DNA from: Carcharhinus longimanus
Taxonomy: Eukaryota
Length of the DNA stretch: 64,000 nt
Reading direction: 5' to 3'
NCBI GenBank assembly: GCA_030264375.1
Contig: JASCQW010000032.1
Coordinates: 38,339,376-38,403,375, forward strand
Below are positions 61,628 to 64,000 of this stretch, in pieces. The notes under the pieces are model-generated. The model did not search any database and had not been told where the DNA came from. It saw only the letters and a list, made by a program, of their open reading frames with translations. The position numbers and the translations under genes are program-made. The first letter of the stretch is position 1, and each line of letters opens with the position of its first letter.

Positions 61628-64000
61628 AACCAGAACTGTTTGAAGAACCTTTGAAAAGGTTTGACATACATGTTATTGAAGCGCCAGAGAACTATACTGA
61701 AGAAGATGATGTTGACCAGTTGCTTGAAAATGAGATGGAGTCTTATTTTCCACCGTTTACTGTAACAAAATCCACTTTGCAATTACCAAAGATTGCAGTA
61801 CCGCGACCTTGTCCTGTAAATTTATCTTTGCTTTCTTCTCCTGTTGAAATTAAAATAACGGCTCCAACTCCAACACCAGAGCAAGATGAAGAACGGAAAG
61901 AGTTACTTCAAGAAGATGAATCTGATTCCAAGCATTCATCTCCAGAACTGTCCTCTCAGACCTCAAAGNNNNNNNNNNAGCACAAATTTACATTTTCTTT
62001 TGATGTAATTTCTGAACCCCCACAAGTTTTAAAAGAATTAGATAAGATTTGTTGTGCAGAAGGAGAATCGGTGATGTTTGAATGCCTAATTTCTGGAGAG
62101 CCAACACCTATTGTTACATGGACCCAAAATGACAGAGTTTTAACTTATGATAATAGCAAGCACCGATTTGAAGAGAGTGGAGGAATGTATAGGTTATACA
62201 TTGATGATGCTTCAGAATCTGATGTGGGGAACTATAAGTGTGTGGCTAAAAATAAAGCTGGACAAGTACAGAGCACATCTAGTCTTACAATAGAGCCCAC
62301 AATGCATAGTTTTGTTTGCCACCTGAAGGATATTGAGCCATATGGTGAGGAGGCAGAGCCATCTGTCAGCCGTTTTCTCCTCAATTTAAGTAAAATGGGA
62401 CAAGAAGGTATTGAGCAGCAAGAACAATTATCAGTACAGGAAGGGCATGTGGACACTTCTCCTTTATATAGCAGAAAAGAACAAACATTAGATCTAATTT
62501 CTGAATCTGGAGACTCTTTGATTTCCACTGCTGATAAATTTTCGAGTAAAGTTTCATCTTTAAAGGAAGAGGGCATTGAAGCCAAAATAGAATCAAATAC
62601 TTCCTTTTCTGATGAAATTTCATCTTTGTGGGAGGAAAGCAATAAAATAGTCTCAGATTCAACAAGTTCCTTTCCTGATGAATGTTTGAGTAAATGTTCA
62701 TCTTTAACAGAAATTAGTAAAAATGTAGGTCAAAAAATGCCAGATGTAGCAGCAGAACAAACATATTCTATTAGCGAGTATCTGCGCTCTCTTGATGAAG
62801 ACCAGAAGGTGCATGAAGCTTGGAAGATGGAAGAGGAAACGGAACCAAAAGGGGACAAATGTGACTCTGTGAGCGAAATGTATGAGGATAGTACATTTCC
62901 AGAAAGTGTACTTAAGCAAGTTGCAGAAAGTCCCAGAGCAGAAACAGAAGGGAATGGATCAGAGATGAAGCCAAGTGGTAACTCCATATCCCCTGAACCC
63001 ATTTGTGAAATAAATGTCAATCTAGCAGAAACAGTTTCTAGGAAGGATGAGGAAGATGAAAATGTTTCCATAGCACGATATCTCCTTACTGCAAGACAGG
63101 AAGAAGCACCAATTCATGAAGAGGCAAATAATGAGGCATTTGGGTACGATGAATCTGGGATAACTTCGATGGAGATTGAGGAAGTAACATTCGGTGCTGT
63201 TTATGACTATTATAATCAAAATGAAGAGTGGGTACGCTCTCTATCCCCTGAATCCGAAATGTCAATTGAAATTAGCAGTACAATTAGTGATGATGTAGCA
63301 GAGAATGGAAGATTTTATACACCACCCTTGGCTTCTGATAATTTCAAATCTGCTGTGTCTGCAGAGTCATTCCATACCCCACCGCAATCTCCTGGCTATG
63401 TGACTCCTCCAGAGAGATTGCCTCCACTTAATGTTGTGGGTAGGTCTCCTTCTGGCGCTTTGCTAGAGAGGTTTTATACACCACCTGAATATTTCAGATC
63501 CCCGATAGATGAGGGTATTGAAACAACACCTCTTGAATATATAAGTCTAGCTGCTGAGGAGCAAAGATCAGAGTTATTTTCAACTCCTGCACAGGAAGCT
63601 GAAGCAAAAGGAAATGAAACACCGCCAGCATTTATCAAACCTCTTGTCAGAAAGAAGATCTATGAAGGAGGCACACTTACATTTATCACTGAGGTAATTG
63701 GTTGCCCAGTTCCAAATGTTAAGTGGTACAGAAGGAAATCATTATTGGAACCAGACCATAGAACTAGACTTGAAAGAGAAGGAGGTTTGTGTATATTGGT
63801 AATTCATAGCATCCAGAGAGAGGATGAGGGAGAGTACATTTGCAGTGCTGTCAACATCATAGGAGAAGCCAAAACTGTTACTCAGGTGGATGTTTTACCA
63901 CAAAATGGAAGGTCAATTGCATTGCCACCCCCAGTGACTCATCAACATGTTATAGAATTTGATGTGCAACAAGGCCAAACATCAAGAACTCCTTCACCTC
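61628..64000 (+). CDS. ttn: Novex-3 part 2 (open to window end; two Ig domains visible)
   Basis: SPVEIKITAPTPTPEQD, EPPQVLKEL..CAEGESVMFECLISGEP, PPAFIKPL, ALPPPVTHQHVIEFD; not in ORF track because no stop occurs in window. Confidence 0.93.

Overview
This window is eukaryotic DNA from a cartilaginous fish; the SINE/LINE content is typical of sharks. It holds the 5' ~62 kb of the titin (ttn/connectin) gene on the + strand. I can trace a muscle-type promoter (CArG, CCAAT, TATA), a non-coding exon 1, the ATG exon (MATQAPTF...), the Z-disc region (Z1-Z9, only two Z-repeats), proximal I-band Ig exons I1-I15, and the Novex cassette up to most of Novex-3, which runs off the window end. Splice phases are consistent throughout. 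Introns contain HE1-like SINEs, CR1/L2 LINE fragments, Harbinger remnants, Penelope-like palindromes and a ~1.2 kb inverted repeat. The most notable departures from mammalian titin are: a frameshifted Novex-1 relic; a two-Ig Novex-2; an extra Cys-rich Ig exon with a single in-frame TAG flanked by RBFOX motifs; an intron splitting Novex-3; a ~100-aa repeat array in Novex-3; an Ala/Gly tandem repeat just before the Z-repeats; and a hairpin spanning the exon1/exon2 junction next to the start codon. Exon numbers follow human TTN. Human comparisons are from recalled sequence, not a search, and should be verified by alignment.
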